Source of the DNA: a virus
Taxonomy: Duplodnaviria > Caudoviricetes
Direction: 5' to 3' (one strand)
Length of the DNA: 24,038 bases
IMG/VR virus record: IMGVR_UViG_3300043178_000033
Span: 1-24,038 of that record
Shown here: positions 23,518 through 24,038 of the stretch, in pieces
Numbering within the stretch: position 1 is the stretch's first letter
Layout of the letters: each line of letters starts with the position of its first letter
The notes under the pieces: generated by a model
What the model was told of the DNA's origin: nothing
Databases searched by the model: none
What the model saw: only the letters and a program-made list of their open reading frames with translations
Translations under genes and position numbers: made by a program

Positions 23518-23545
23518 GCTCCGAATCCCCCTTCCGTCTAGTACG
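23518..23545 (+). promoter_or_regulatory. Candidate late promoter GCTC-N13-CGTCTAGTACG, copy 2
   Basis: Intergenic; identical 11-mer to copy 1. Confidence 0.55.
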
Positions 23546-23552
23546 CCCGAAA

Positions 23553-24038
23553 ATGTCGGGCCGGGAAAAGAAGCTCCGAAGGCTCATGGATCTTTCCGTT
23601 CACGAGGTTTCCCTCGTGGATTCGCCCGCCAACCAGAAGACCTTCGCCAAGATCATCAAGCGCAAGGAAGACGACGAAGAAGACGAGCGCGAAGAGGACG
23701 AAGCGGAGGAAGAGGGCGACGGCGAGTTGACGGAAAAGTTCGAGACGCTTTGCCTTGAGGCGGCCGAAAAGCTCGAAGAGGTCCGGGGCGAGCTGGAGAA
23801 GCGAACACTGAAGGCCCGCACGGCAGACGGGCGCACCGCTTCCGATCCGGTTTCCTTCGGCGACGTTCTCAAGGCCGATGAGTTCGATTCGGTTGCCTCC
23901 CTCCTCGAATCCGTCGAGAAGGTCTTTGGCGCATACCCATACCCTTACCCGTTCCGCCGGAGCCCGTATCCGGGGACCGACAAGCCGGGAATGCCGTTCG
24001 ATCCCTCCAAGCTCAAAGCGGCCCTTATGGCCGCGATG
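23553..24038 (+). CDS. 3'-truncated scaffold-like protein with an N-terminal protease strand (EVSLVDSPAN)
   Basis: Not in the ORF track because it runs off the window; reads MSGREKKLRRLMDLSVHEVSLVDSPANQKTFAKIIKRKEDDEED..., then acidic/helical sequence and a YPYPYP stretch. Confidence 0.8.
   Translation, partial: MSGREKKLRRLMDLSVHEVSLVDSPANQKTFAKIIKRKEDDEEDEREEDEAEEEGDGELTEKFETLCLEAAEKLEEVRGELEKRTLKARTADGRTASDPVSFGDVLKADEFDSVASLLESVEKVFGAYPYPYPFRRSPYPGTDKPGMPFDPSKLKAALMAAM

Larger units (their letters stand above)
1..24038 (+). mobile_element. Tailed bacteriophage/prophage genome segment (accessory region plus DNA packaging/head module)
   Basis: Terminase, HK97-type portal fused to MuF, XkdF-like protease and scaffold-like gene in head-module order; dense co-directional small ORFs; no host housekeeping genes, integrase or att site visible. 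Confidence 0.95.

Noticed and set aside
1-24038. tRNA, rRNA, riboswitch, att site or alternative genetic code
   Set aside because: None recognised by eye; long ORFs translate cleanly with the standard code. A covariance-model scan was not possible.

Overview
GC-rich segment of a tailed-phage (Caudoviricetes) genome or prophage; host not determinable. Almost all genes are on the + strand. 1-6840 is an accessory region of small translationally coupled ORFs, a DUF6166-like gene, a PD-(D/E)XK-like gene, a beta-class DNA methyltransferase and two near-duplicate promoter/RBS cassettes. 6846-11793 holds a possible ECF-sigma-like regulator, small and large terminase and a portal-MuF fusion, followed by an antisense free-standing LAGLIDADG endonuclease. 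About 10 kb between the portal and the XkdF-type prohead protease encodes multi-domain proteins: NTase plus ATP-dependent DNA ligase, LigD-type phosphoesterase, ADP-ribosyltransferase, UDG-like, zeta-like kinase and zincin protease domains. The most striking signal is that many of these domains are preceded by one of two recurrent His/Gly peptide tags (K-HLGGAHDESSHG x6; K-GGPGSGxxGHxGRPGExGGS-like x3), always right after a Lys. This suggests a modular, protease-processed, capsid-packaged cargo system. The prohead protease also looks split, with its EVSLVDxPAN strand on the next gene. Domain calls come from motifs recognised by eye; no searches were run.
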